Source: a virus
Taxonomy: Duplodnaviria; Caudoviricetes
IMG/VR virus record: IMGVR_UViG_3300033145_000317
Span: 1-46,523 of that record
Strand: one strand, 5' to 3'
DNA length: 46,523 nt
The stretch's first letter is position 1, and each line of letters opens with the position of its first letter. Shown here in pieces: positions 37,376-46,523 of this stretch. Both the position numbers and the translations under genes were made by a program. The notes beneath the pieces were generated by a model. The model was given only the letters and a program-made list of their open reading frames with translations. It did not search any database and was not told the DNA's origin.

Positions 37376-39674
37376 TTTAACACGAGAACAATCTAACAAG
37401 TTATACAGAGAGGTTATGCTAGATAAGGCATATGATACGCTTAGAGCATTATGCTTAGAAGATTTATTCTTTCTTCTAACTATAGGTTTCAAGCGTAAAG
37501 ACGTTAACAAAGATTGGCTGTACGAGCGTTGCAGAGAGTTTGAAGCTAACCCTAATGGATATTTGGATTTATGGGCCAGGGAGCATTATAAGAGCACCAT
37601 TATTACTTTTGGTAAAAGTATTCAGGACATTTTAATTGATCCTGAAACAACGGTAGCTATCTTTAGCCATACCAGGCCCATAGCAAAAGGATTTCTAGAG
37701 CAGATCAAGAGAGAGTTAGAGACTAATTCCTTTGTTCAAGACTTGTTTCCTGATGTGCTCTTCAGAGATCCTAGACGCGAATCTAACAAGTGGTCCCTTG
37801 ATGGTGGCATAGTTGTTAAAAGAAAGTCTAATCCTAAAGAGGCTACAGTAGAGGCGCATGGCTTAGTAGACGGCCAACCTACTTCAAAGCATTTTAAGAT
37901 ATTGGTTTATGATGATGTAGTGACTAGAGAGAGTGTTACAACTCCTGACCAGATAAAAAAGGTTACAGATGCTTGGGAGCTATCTTTAAATTTAGGATCT
38001 AAAGGCGGAGTGCGTAGACATATTGGTACGTATTACCATTTCAATGATACTTATAAAGCTATTGCTAAAAGAGGCGCGGCTATTCCACGCATACACGCTG
38101 CTACTGATAATGGAAAGCTTGAAGGCAAGCCTTTATTCCTAACTCGCGAAGAGTTAGACAACAAGCGTAGAGACATGGGGCCTTATACATTTTCATGTCA
38201 CTCAGGAGACACACTTATAACTACTGAGTGTTGGGGCCAGCAAAGTATAGATTCTATTCGAGTAGGAGATAAAGTAGTAGGCTGGGAGATAGGTGGCAAA
38301 GATAAATCTGTGAATAAGTCTACGTTAGTATCTGCTAGAGTTTTAGCGATTAATGTTAGAAAAGCTTTAGCAGTTAAAACAACATTAGATAATGGAGATG
38401 TACTAACACATACCTCCGATCATAAGTGGTGGAATGGGAGGGCAAAAGAGATCGAAGGAGGGGAAAGAGTTAGAAAGATTTATGCTTCTATAGGTCTTCA
38501 TGATAAGCAACAAGGACATGTGTGTCAAGCAGTTGATATGAAAGTTTATAAAGACAAGTATACATATCTTGAGGCTAAAGCTGCAGGATATTTAGCAGGT
38601 ATTATAGATGCAGATGGCTCGATATCAGGGGGTAGCATACATATTTGTCAGTCTAGGACTGTGCATCCTGAAGTCTGTAGGAAGATAGAAGATACATTAA
38701 CGTTATTAAATTTTAAGTATTCTATATTTAAAAAGGAAAAAGAAGGTAAGACAATACATGATTATATAATTCTTGGAGGTAGGCAAGAGCGCATACGACT
38801 TTTAGCAATGAATGAAGGAGATTTTGCTAAAGCAAGTAAGGTAGAAGACCTTTGTTATGGCACAAGAGGTTTTGGTAAAGGTAAAAAAGTTAAGGTAGTT
38901 GATCAAGTAGAGATAGGTGAAATAGATGTGTACAATATTCAGACTGAAACAGGAAACTATTTAGCTAATGGGTATTGTTCTAAGAACTGCCAAATGTTGC
39001 TAGATCCTGTAGCAGACAAGGCTATGGGCTTTAAGGATGAATGGCTAAGGCATTATGATGAGCTTAAGAATTATCATGATTGGAACTTTTATATAACAGT
39101 AGATCCAGCTAGTGAGAAGAAGAAAGATAATGATTATACAGCTATGCATGTTATTGGTTTGGCTCCTGATAAGAATTATTATTGGGTTGACGGTGTGAGA
39201 GATAGACTCAATCTATCCGAGCGGACTAAACAGTTATTTAGATTAGTTAGAAAGTGGAGGCCATTAAAAGTAGGTTACGAGAAGTATGGCTTGCAAGCAG
39301 ATGTAGAGCATATTAAATACGTTATGGAAATAGAGAACTATAGATTTGAGATATTAGAGTTAGGTGGAGGCATGGCTAAAGAAGATAGGATAAGGCGTTT
39401 AGTTCCTATCTTTGAGCAAGGACGAATTTGGCTTCCCCATTTTATGAGAGTTGTAGATAGCGAAGGTAAAATGCATGATCTTGTTAAAGATTTTATAGAG
39501 GAAGAGTATCAAGCTTTCCCTGTAGCGGTGCATGATGATATGTTAGATTGCATGTCTAGAATTGTAGATCCGCTGCTTATGACTAAATTTCCTAGAGAGA
39601 GGAAGTTTGAAAGTCAAACAGCGACTAAAGGTAATATGCATAACAAAGTAAAAACTGAGTATGCAGTAATTTAA
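37362..39674 (+). CDS. terL: Terminase large subunit with an intein
   Basis: WAREHYKSTI (Walker A-like), LVYDDVV (Walker B), ITVDPAS...DYTA and HDDMLD nuclease motifs. Confidence 0.93.
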   Translation: MLCNNLTREQSNKLYREVMLDKAYDTLRALCLEDLFFLLTIGFKRKDVNKDWLYERCREFEANPNGYLDLWAREHYKSTIITFGKSIQDILIDPETTVAIFSHTRPIAKGFLEQIKRELETNSFVQDLFPDVLFRDPRRESNKWSLDGGIVVKRKSNPKEATVEAHGLVDGQPTSKHFKILVYDDVVTRESVTTPDQIKKVTDAWELSLNLGSKGGVRRHIGTYYHFNDTYKAIAKRGAAIPRIHAATDNGKLEGKPLFLTREELDNKRRDMGPYTFSCHSGDTLITTECWGQQSIDSIRVGDKVVGWEIGGKDKSVNKSTLVSARVLAINVRKALAVKTTLDNGDVLTHTSDHKWWNGRAKEIEGGERVRKIYASIGLHDKQQGHVCQAVDMKVYKDKYTYLEAKAAGYLAGIIDADGSISGGSIHICQSRTVHPEVCRKIEDTLTLLNFKYSIFKKEKEGKTIHDYIILGGRQERIRLLAMNEGDFAKASKVEDLCYGTRGFGKGKKVKVVDQVEIGEIDVYNIQTETGNYLANGYCSKNCQMLLDPVADKAMGFKDEWLRHYDELKNYHDWNFYITVDPASEKKKDNDYTAMHVIGLAPDKNYYWVDGVRDRLNLSERTKQLFRLVRKWRPLKVGYEKYGLQADVEHIKYVMEIENYRFEILELGGGMAKEDRIRRLVPIFEQGRIWLPHFMRVVDSEGKMHDLVKDFIEEEYQAFPVAVHDDMLDCMSRIVDPLLMTKFPRERKFESQTATKGNMHNKVKTEYAVI
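38196..38987 (+). mobile_element. Intein (264 aa) with a single LAGLIDADG motif
   Basis: Starts CHSGDTLI; block B THTSDHKW; YLAGIIDADGSI; block F/G VYNIQTETGNYLANGYCSKN followed by +1 Cys. Removal gives PYTFS|CQMLLDP. Confidence 0.92.
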
Positions 39675-39688
39675 GAAGGAGGATTATT

Positions 39689-40003
39689 ATGTGTTCAGGT
39701 GGAGGATTAAAAGCATTTACTGGTGGAGGCGGTACGACTGCAGGTGCATTAGGTGGAGAGGTAGCAAAAGAAGGAGAAAAAAGGCTTGAAGCTAAGGTTT
39801 TGAGTACAAGTCTAGACAAGGCTAAAATACCTACAGTATTAGATCCTCAATCTGAAGAGGTTACTAAGGCTAGAAGTCAAGCTGTAGAAGACGAATCGAA
39901 GAGAGCTAGGCTAAGAGGCGGTAGAGAGTCTACTATTCTTACAGGGCCTTTAGGTGTTACAGGTCAAGCTAATGTAGCTAGAAAAACTCTTTTAGGGTCT
40001 TAA
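39689..40003 (+). CDS. Small virion protein upstream of the portal
   Basis: MCSGGG start and GRESTILTG...KTLLG end, typical of the gene preceding the portal in BPP-1/T7-like phages. Confidence 0.7.
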   Translation: MCSGGGLKAFTGGGGTTAGALGGEVAKEGEKRLEAKVLSTSLDKAKIPTVLDPQSEEVTKARSQAVEDESKRARLRGGRESTILTGPLGVTGQANVARKTLLGS

Positions 40004-40021
40004 GTATAAGGAGATAAAGTA

Positions 40022-41710
40022 ATGGCATTTGAAGCGACTAAAACTGAAAAGTATAGGATTAGATATAATAGGCTGTACGGAGACTCTAGCGATTGGCGTA
40101 GCCATTGGAAAGATTTATCAGCTTTTATCCTTCCTAGAAAGGGCAGATATCTAACTGGCAACACAGATTTACTTCAAACTAATGACGGTAGAAAAAAGCA
40201 TGATAATATAATTAATGGCAAAGCTACGGACGATGCAGAGATTTTAGCAGCGGGCATGCAAGGTGGTTTAACGTCTCCTTCTAGACCTTGGTTTAGGTTA
40301 GCGTTAGCCGATGAGGATCTTATGCAGTTTGAGCCTGTTAAAGATTGGCTTCACGCTGTTAGATCAATAATGCTTAATACATTTGCTAGATCTAACTTCT
40401 ATACTTCTACGCATAGCTTGTACAATGAGTTAGGTGTTTTTGGTACTGCCTCAATGATTATAGAAGAAGATTTTAAAACAGTTATAAGATGTAGACCGTT
40501 TACTATTGGTGAGTATTATTTATCTTTAGACTCAAACTATAGACCTGATACGCTTTATAGGCAATTCGCTTTAACTGCTAGACAGTTAGAACAAGAGTTT
40601 GGCAAAGATAATTTATCTGATAAAGTTAAGACAGCTTTAGAAGAGCGCAAACAAGTAGACCAGTTGTTTGAAGTTATACACCTTATAGAGCCTAATCCTG
40701 ACGCTGTAGAAGGCTCATTAGATCCTAAGAAGATGCTTTTTGTTTCCAAATACTTTGAAGTGTCTGGAGATCCTGACGTGTTTTTACGTGAAAGTGGGTA
40801 TAGGTCTATTCCTTTTGTAGCTCCACGTTGGAAGATAACAGGCGTGGATACTTATGGCGATAGCAGAGCAATGGACGCTTTAGGTGATATTAAGATGTTA
40901 CAGAAGTTAGAAGAGAAGTCCTTAAAAGCTATCGGTAAAAATGTAGATCCTCCTATGAATGCGCCTACTAGTATGCGAGAAGAAGGAGGAACTATTATAG
41001 AAGGAGGCGTTAACTACGTAGATGTACTGCCTGGGCAGCAAGGCTTTACTCCTACTTATCAAGTTAACCCCGATATAAAAAGTGCAGAGTATAAGATTGA
41101 AAGAGTAGAAGGCAGAATAGACCGCTTCTTTTATGTTGATTTATTTCTTTCTGTTATTAATCAAACTAAAAATATGACAGCGTTTGAAGTAGCTGAAAGG
41201 CAAAGTGAAAAACTTTTGATGTTAGGTCCAGTTATTGAGAGGCTTCAATCTGAGCTTTTAGATATTATTATAGAACGTACATTTAGTATACTTGATGATT
41301 TAGGTTTGTTTCCTCCTGTACCTGAAGAGATAGCAGGAAAAGAACTTAATATTGAATATATATCTTTACTAGCTCAAGCTCAAAGAGCTGTAGCTACAAG
41401 CTCTATAGAACAGACTGCAGGCTTTGCTAGTAGTTTGGCAGCTTTCAATCCTGAAGTTATGGATAAGATGGATTTAGATGAGGCCATAGACCAGTTTGCA
41501 GCTATGAAGGGCGTACCTCCTAGAATTATAAATACTAATGATGAGGTAGCAAAGATAAGAGCTGCTAGAGCAGAGGCAGCGGCGGAGCAAGCAAACGCTG
41601 AAAAAGCTATGAATGCTGTTAATGCAGGAAAGACTTTATCAGAGACAGAGTTAAATAAAGATAGTATGTTAGATGTTTTAGGCGAGTCTATGCAAGGAGC
41701 TAGTTCATGA
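40022..41710 (+). CDS. Portal protein (head-tail connector, T7 gp8/Bbp21-like)
   Basis: LAAGMQGGLTSPSRPWFRL, FVAPRW, MTAFEVAERQSEKLLMLGPVIERL and IEYISLLAQAQ motifs. Confidence 0.93.
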   Translation: MAFEATKTEKYRIRYNRLYGDSSDWRSHWKDLSAFILPRKGRYLTGNTDLLQTNDGRKKHDNIINGKATDDAEILAAGMQGGLTSPSRPWFRLALADEDLMQFEPVKDWLHAVRSIMLNTFARSNFYTSTHSLYNELGVFGTASMIIEEDFKTVIRCRPFTIGEYYLSLDSNYRPDTLYRQFALTARQLEQEFGKDNLSDKVKTALEERKQVDQLFEVIHLIEPNPDAVEGSLDPKKMLFVSKYFEVSGDPDVFLRESGYRSIPFVAPRWKITGVDTYGDSRAMDALGDIKMLQKLEEKSLKAIGKNVDPPMNAPTSMREEGGTIIEGGVNYVDVLPGQQGFTPTYQVNPDIKSAEYKIERVEGRIDRFFYVDLFLSVINQTKNMTAFEVAERQSEKLLMLGPVIERLQSELLDIIIERTFSILDDLGLFPPVPEEIAGKELNIEYISLLAQAQRAVATSSIEQTAGFASSLAAFNPEVMDKMDLDEAIDQFAAMKGVPPRIINTNDEVAKIRAARAEAAAEQANAEKAMNAVNAGKTLSETELNKDSMLDVLGESMQGASS

Positions 41711-42321
41711 GCATAATACCACTTAGAAAGAAGAGGATATTAATAGGCATACCTAGTATGGATATGGTGCATGCGGATTTTGCTATGTCGTTAGGCGTGA
41801 TTATGTATCATGCTGCTAGTTTGAAAGGTTATGAAGTTAGCATAATAAATCAGAAAACATCTATCATTCAAAAAGGCAGACACGATTTAATCGACTTAGC
41901 CTTTCAAGTAGAAGCTGATAAGGTTTTATTTCTTGATAGCGACATGATATTTCCTTACAACGTAGTGGAAGTTTTAGCGTCTGCTAAAAAAGATATTATA
42001 GGTTGTAATTATTGTACTAGGACTGAGCCTAGCATGCCTACTTGTAGAGATAAGGATAGAAGGCTTATAGGCTTTAAAAGATTAGAAGGTATTAGCGAAG
42101 TAGGTTACATAGCTACAGGTTGCTTGCTTATAGATTTAGAAGTTTTTAAAAGAATAGGCAAACCTTATTTTACTGTTAAGTGGAATGAAGATAAACAATG
42201 GTTCCAAGGTGAAGACTATTGTTTTTCAGAGCAAGCTAGAGAAGCAGGATATGAAATATATTGTGATCATGACTTAAGTAGAAGCGTGCAGCACATCGCT
42301 GCATTAAAAAAATCGTTATAG
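41707..42321 (+). CDS. GT-A/GT2-like glycosyltransferase
   Basis: ILIGIP, VLFLDSDM (DxD), ATGCLLID..VF, GEDYCF and YCD......H motifs; ATGA overlap with the portal stop. Confidence 0.8.
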   Translation: MSIIPLRKKRILIGIPSMDMVHADFAMSLGVIMYHAASLKGYEVSIINQKTSIIQKGRHDLIDLAFQVEADKVLFLDSDMIFPYNVVEVLASAKKDIIGCNYCTRTEPSMPTCRDKDRRLIGFKRLEGISEVGYIATGCLLIDLEVFKRIGKPYFTVKWNEDKQWFQGEDYCFSEQAREAGYEIYCDHDLSRSVQHIAALKKSL

Positions 42322-42335
42322 GAGACTAGGTTTTT

Positions 42336-42647
42336 ATGGATGATAAGAAATATAATTCTTCCGATGAGCAGAAAGTAAAAGACAAAGCTAAGAAAGTTAG
42401 AAATGAAAGAGAGCAAGAGCTTGAAGATGTAAAAACTATACTTAAGCATCCTGCAGGTATTAGGTTTTTTAAAAGACTTATAAGAGAAGGAAGAATATTT
42501 TCATCTACCTTTACCGGAAATAGTCAGTCTTTTTTTCTAGAAGGTAAGAGAGCTTTAGTGCTTAAGATTTATGTAGATGTTGTAAAAGTAGCGCCTGATA
42601 AGGTGCCTAGCATACTCTTTGTTGAGAAAGAGGGAGAGAGCGAGTAA
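42336..42647 (+). CDS. Bbp19-like head morphogenesis protein
   Basis: DVKTILKHPAGIRFF...FFLEGKRALVL pattern; lies between portal and scaffold. Confidence 0.75.
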   Translation: MDDKKYNSSDEQKVKDKAKKVRNEREQELEDVKTILKHPAGIRFFKRLIREGRIFSSTFTGNSQSFFLEGKRALVLKIYVDVVKVAPDKVPSILFVEKEGESE

Positions 42648-42648
42648 G

Positions 42649-42981
42649 ATGGCAGTTTTAAGATCCTTAGCGGCTCAACAAGACTTATCCGTAGGTGCTA
42701 TGGATAAGTCTTTTGAGTTTAATTCTGCAGGTAAATTGAAGACGGTTTATATTCATTCAAGTGTGAAAATAACGGAGGAAGTTAGCATATCTTTAGATTC
42801 TGTTTTAGGCTCAGCTTATGACACTTTAATAGATACTAAAGTTTTATCTGCTATGTCTGATTACGTGTTTGCGGCTCCTGGTGACATTATATTTAATGAG
42901 GGTGATAAAATAAGAGTGCAAGTCACAGACGCTAATAGCGTAGGTCTTGTAGCTGTCACAGTAAAGGCGGATTATAAATGA
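42649..42981 (+). CDS. Small beta-sandwich hypothetical protein (probably virion-associated)
   Basis: ATG 42649 is preferred to the track's TTG; alternating beta-strand pattern; IFNEGDKIRVQV. Confidence 0.6.
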   Translation: MAVLRSLAAQQDLSVGAMDKSFEFNSAGKLKTVYIHSSVKITEEVSISLDSVLGSAYDTLIDTKVLSAMSDYVFAAPGDIIFNEGDKIRVQVTDANSVGLVAVTVKADYK

Positions 42982-43238
42982 GCAAAGAATTAGAAGACTT
43001 AAAATTTAAAGTTGATCAAGCTAAAATATTTCTAACTTTTGCAGCTAAAGAGAAAAAAGAACATGAGGAAAGAGAAAGGCAGATAACAATTGTTGAGTTA
43101 GATTTAAAGAGAAGAGAGAAAGAGGTTGAGTTATCTTTTAAGCGTCTAAAGTATATGGAGCTTAGACTTAAGAAGATAGTTAATGAGAAAAGGCTAGATA
43201 AGAATATTGAGAAGCTAATTGAGGAAGCTACTAAATGA
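42978..43238 (+). CDS. Coiled-coil hypothetical protein
   Basis: Highly charged helical sequence; ATGA overlaps. Confidence 0.6.
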   Translation: MSKELEDLKFKVDQAKIFLTFAAKEKKEHEERERQITIVELDLKRREKEVELSFKRLKYMELRLKKIVNEKRLDKNIEKLIEEATK

Positions 43239-44446
43239 GCGTGTTTTTAGACGGTAGGTCGTTAAGTCCTGCAGAGATTATAGAGTTTGAGGGGTTTAAT
43301 CTTGGCTCTTTTCCTGTAGCGCCATTAGGTTATGCTAGAGTTCTTTATGATAAGGCTATTCAAAGCTTTATGCTTTCTGAGAATGGAGGCGATTATTATT
43401 CTTTTTTAACTATTAACTCTGATATCCCTTTAGACTTTTTAGCAGGCGCTACTTATAGCAATTTGCAAGATTGGTTTAATACTACTCAGTCAAGTGGTAA
43501 AATATCAGGAGGCGCGTTTACTTCAAACGGTAATGGCACAGTTAACGTGTCCTCCGGAGCAGGTATTATAAGAGCGACAAATTCAGCTATAGCAAACGCT
43601 TTCTTTTTTGATTGGCCCGCGAATACTTCTTTAGCTCTTGTTGATGATTCTACTAATTATATCTTCGTAGATTATAATTCAGGCGCTCCAATAATCGGAA
43701 GTGAAACAGCTAACACAGGTAACAATCGCTCTAAAATAATGTTAGGAAAGATATTTAGAGAGGGCAATAATCTACATTTAGTCGAAGCTGGAATGGCTAT
43801 AAGTGAAGGTATAAAGAAAACGCTCACTTATTTAACACAAGTTTTTGGAGAGGTAACAAGGGCAAGTGGTGTTGCAATCGCTGAGAAAAATCAAAGGTAT
43901 TTAGTTTCTACAAATGGAGTTTTGTTTGCAGGGCTAACAAGAATAGCAACTACAGGAGTAGATACTACAGGAGCCAATACGTTTGAATTATATTACTATA
44001 ACGGGTCTGCATGGATTGAGTCCGATGAAAGTCAGATAGATAATGTAAATTATAATAATATTGCAAGTGGTCTTGCTGAGCTAACACCTAATAGATACGG
44101 TGTTTTTTGGGTGTATGGCGATGCAGATGGACATTTAATGATTGTTTACGGTCAAGACAATTACACTTTGAGTAATGCAGAGGCAGCGGACCCTCCAACG
44201 TCATTGCCTAATCATGTTTCAGAGTTTGGGTTTATCGCTGCTAAAATAATAGTAAAGAAAAATGCTACTAATCTGTATTCAGTAGGAAGCGCTTATAAAA
44301 CTGCTTTTACTAGTTCAGGTGTCGTTATACATAACGAAACATCTAGTTTGCAAGGTGGCAAAGCAGACGAATATTATCATTTAACAGAAGATGAGTCTAA
44401 TGGAAGTGGTGAAAACTTTGTGTTAGCAAGTCAAATATTTAGTTGA
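43235..44446 (+). CDS. Fibre/spike-like structural protein
   Basis: Gly/Ser/Asn/Thr-rich beta sequence; HNETSSLQGGKADEYYHLT motif of phage fibre proteins; ends VLASQIFS. Confidence 0.6.
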   Translation: MSVFLDGRSLSPAEIIEFEGFNLGSFPVAPLGYARVLYDKAIQSFMLSENGGDYYSFLTINSDIPLDFLAGATYSNLQDWFNTTQSSGKISGGAFTSNGNGTVNVSSGAGIIRATNSAIANAFFFDWPANTSLALVDDSTNYIFVDYNSGAPIIGSETANTGNNRSKIMLGKIFREGNNLHLVEAGMAISEGIKKTLTYLTQVFGEVTRASGVAIAEKNQRYLVSTNGVLFAGLTRIATTGVDTTGANTFELYYYNGSAWIESDESQIDNVNYNNIASGLAELTPNRYGVFWVYGDADGHLMIVYGQDNYTLSNAEAADPPTSLPNHVSEFGFIAAKIIVKKNATNLYSVGSAYKTAFTSSGVVIHNETSSLQGGKADEYYHLTEDESNGSGENFVLASQIFS

Positions 44447-44455
44447 GGATTTAAC

Positions 44456-44791
44456 ATGGCTATTTTTACTAAGCAAATATTATCGGGTAGCGCAGATGGA
44501 AAATCAATACAGGTAAGTGCTACTGTTATCGGAAGCGCCAACGCTATTCATACTGCACATGCTACTAGTAAGGATGAAGTTTGGATATACGCTTTTAATA
44601 ATGATACGGTTTCTAGAGCTTTGAGTATTATAGTTGATGGAGTTGTAATTTCTGTAGTTGGTATCCCTGCAAAAGAGGGTTTAGTTTTAGTAATACCTGG
44701 AATGCCAGTTACAAACGCATTAGTAGTTGGAGCATTTGCAGAGGTTACAAATGTTATTTATGTATCTGGTTGGGTGAATAGGATAACTTAA
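44456..44791 (+). CDS. Small beta-rich hypothetical virion protein
   Basis: MAIFTKQILSGSADG...DEVWIYA.N...GLVLVIPG...GWVNRIT. Confidence 0.6.
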   Translation: MAIFTKQILSGSADGKSIQVSATVIGSANAIHTAHATSKDEVWIYAFNNDTVSRALSIIVDGVVISVVGIPAKEGLVLVIPGMPVTNALVVGAFAEVTNVIYVSGWVNRIT

Positions 44792-45564
44792 TGAATTATA
44801 GAAGGCTACGAGTGCCACAATTATTAGGTAAGATAGATGAGAAAGCAGCGCCTGGTTTTTGGATTAGTGAAAAGTCTGTTGCTTTTGATGGAGCAGATGA
44901 ATATGCAAATATAGGCAATCAGGCAGAATTAGCTTTTGAACGAAATGAGCCTTTTAGTGTTTCTTTTTGGGTTAAAACAGTTCAATCAACTACTGGATAT
45001 ATAATTGCTAAAGGAGCGTCAACATCGCCTGCGCGTGGTTGGTCTATTAGGATAACTTTAGGGAAAGTATATTTTAATTTAATTAGTACTGTGTCAACAT
45101 CGCATTTACAAGCTCGCGCTACTTCGGTAACGGTTAATGACGGAAATTGGCATCACGTTTGTATAACCTATAGTGGTAATTCGTCAACAAGTGGAGTGAA
45201 ATTTTATATAGATAATGTTCTCGCAGATAAGACAAGTGTAGTTAACACTTTGTCTGCTACTACATTATCAACTGCATCTGCCACAATTGGTTCTCGCGAA
45301 GGTGGAGGCTCTCCTTATGGCGGTAATATTGATGAGCCTACAGTTTGGGATAAAGAGTTATCTATTTCTGAAATATCTGAGATATGGAATAGCGGAGCGC
45401 CTAAATTATCAACGCTTCATACTGCAGTTACAAATTTAGTTGGGTATTGGAAAATGGGAGAGGACGACGATGTATTTCCAACTTTAAATGATTATAGTGT
45501 GTCAGGAAATAATGCAACAATGATTAACATGGAAAGCTCAGATATAGAGGGGGACGCACCATAA
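44791..45564 (+). CDS. LamG/concanavalin A-like lectin domain protein
   Basis: SVAFDGADEY, FSVSFWVK, DGNWHHVCITY, FYIDN, GNIDE..VWDKELS and LVGYWKMGE motifs. Confidence 0.88.
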   Translation: MNYRRLRVPQLLGKIDEKAAPGFWISEKSVAFDGADEYANIGNQAELAFERNEPFSVSFWVKTVQSTTGYIIAKGASTSPARGWSIRITLGKVYFNLISTVSTSHLQARATSVTVNDGNWHHVCITYSGNSSTSGVKFYIDNVLADKTSVVNTLSATTLSTASATIGSREGGGSPYGGNIDEPTVWDKELSISEISEIWNSGAPKLSTLHTAVTNLVGYWKMGEDDDVFPTLNDYSVSGNNATMINMESSDIEGDAP

Positions 45565-45827
45565 TGGCTTGTAATTATATAACTGCTACGTGGGTTGACT
45601 TTAATGCTTTAACTGAGCTTCAAAAAGATTGGTTAGTTGATGAAGCTCAACAAGATTCTATAAGCACTATACGATCTTCTTTAGATGGGCTTGAATTTAT
45701 ACTTAAATGGGAGGGTGTATGTCGTGCAGAGCTAGTAGGGTTAACACATACAGATTATAGCTATGCAGAAATTTTAGTAGAGGTTGCAAACTCAGATTGG
45801 CTATCTACAGTAGGAATAGAAGATTAG
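45564..45827 (+). CDS. Small acidic hypothetical protein coupled to the LamG gene
   Basis: TIRSSLDGLEFILKW...YSYAEIL motif; TAATG coupling. Confidence 0.6.
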   Translation: MACNYITATWVDFNALTELQKDWLVDEAQQDSISTIRSSLDGLEFILKWEGVCRAELVGLTHTDYSYAEILVEVANSDWLSTVGIED

Positions 45828-45856
45828 TATAACAATTTTAACTTAAGGGAGGAATA

Positions 45857-46523
45857 ATGCCAGAAGAAGGAACAGGTCAAGCAACCACACAAAGTAACAC
45901 TGATGCGGGAGCTACGGGCCAAACGACTCAAGACAATGCTGGAAGCGCTGCACAGGATAGCGTAGATCAAGGGAAAGTAGACAATGGTAATACAACTTTA
46001 ACAGGTGCTAAGCCTGAAGGAACGGAAGATCCTGTAGCTATAGCCGCTACAAAAGCTAAGGCTGACGAAGCCGCTAAAGCTAATGCCGCTCCTGAGAATT
46101 ACACCGATTTTACTTTGCCTCAAGATTTTTCTATTAACAAAGATGTCTTGAGTAAATTTGCTACTGTGTCGAAAGAATTTAATCTTTCACAAGAACACGC
46201 TCAAAAACTTATTGATCTATCAGTAGAGCATGCTAACTCAATTGATGCTGTAGCTCAGGCTAAGCACGTTGAGACTAGAACTAATTGGGTACAAAGTCTT
46301 AAAGAAGATGTTGATTTTGGAGGGGCTAAGTATACCGAGACTACTGAAAGAGCTAAAAGAACTGTAAGGAACTTTGGATCTCAAGGACTTACTGATTTTT
46401 TTAACGACTCAGGTTTTGGGGATCACCCCGAACTTGTTAAGATTTTTGCCAGGATTGATAGGGTAACAAGCGAAGTTAAAACAGTAGACGGGAAGCCAGT
46501 AGGCAAGAGTGGCCCCGTTTCAG
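45857..46523 (+). CDS. Capsid scaffolding protein, 5' part. Spans the junction and ends at TAG 153-155, about 235 aa. Not in the ORF track.
   Basis: GGAGG RBS before ATG 45857. Open to the window end and continues in frame through the repeat (...PVSAAQTIYPNQGKQT*). Low-complexity acidic N-terminus, APENYTDFTLP and GFGDHPELVKIFARI motifs. Directly upstream of the major capsid gene, as in BPP-1-like phages. Confidence 0.85.
   Translation, partial: MPEEGTGQATTQSNTDAGATGQTTQDNAGSAAQDSVDQGKVDNGNTTLTGAKPEGTEDPVAIAATKAKADEAAKANAAPENYTDFTLPQDFSINKDVLSKFATVSKEFNLSQEHAQKLIDLSVEHANSIDAVAQAKHVETRTNWVQSLKEDVDFGGAKYTETTERAKRTVRNFGSQGLTDFFNDSGFGDHPELVKIFARIDRVTSEVKTVDGKPVGKSGPVS
46410..46523. repeat. Terminal direct repeat, right copy (circular overlap)
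   Basis: Exact copy of 1-114. Confidence 0.97.

Noticed and set aside
1-46523. tRNA genes, integrase/att site, alternative genetic code
   Set aside because: No cloverleaf or recombinase motifs were recognised. Standard-code ORFs tile the genome densely without interrupted genes.

Overview
The window is an essentially complete, circularly permuted genome (about 46,409 bp unique; bases 1-114 are repeated exactly at 46410-46523) of an AT-rich, podovirus-type dsDNA phage. Its virion gene layout resembles Bordetella phage BPP-1 and T7. The + strand arm (33198 through the junction to 24498) carries a Cro-like HTH, a primase-polymerase/helicase, an iteron-rich origin, a RuvC-like resolvase, TerS, an intein-containing TerL, the portal, an inserted block of accessory fibre genes, scaffold, major capsid, cement protein, tail tube A/B, internal virion proteins including a 2819-aa polyvalent protein, a heptad-repeat tail fibre, a spanin pair and a glycosyltransferase/methyltransferase cluster. 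The - strand arm (24503-32965) carries small early genes, an SNF2 helicase, a Cas4-like nuclease, an SSB, a family A DNA polymerase, a Fis-like HTH and a DUF5675-like peptidase. I saw no integrase, RNA polymerase, reverse transcriptase/DGR, tRNA or CRISPR array. The most interesting candidate system is a late-expressed glycan-building toolkit: 3 GT-A glycosyltransferases, a Maf/MptE-like protein and 2 SAM methyltransferases. One glycosyltransferase ends in a small domain resembling the N-terminus of the protein encoded beside the capsid genes, which suggests capsid-targeted virion glycosylation. All family assignments come from motif recognition by eye, not database searches.
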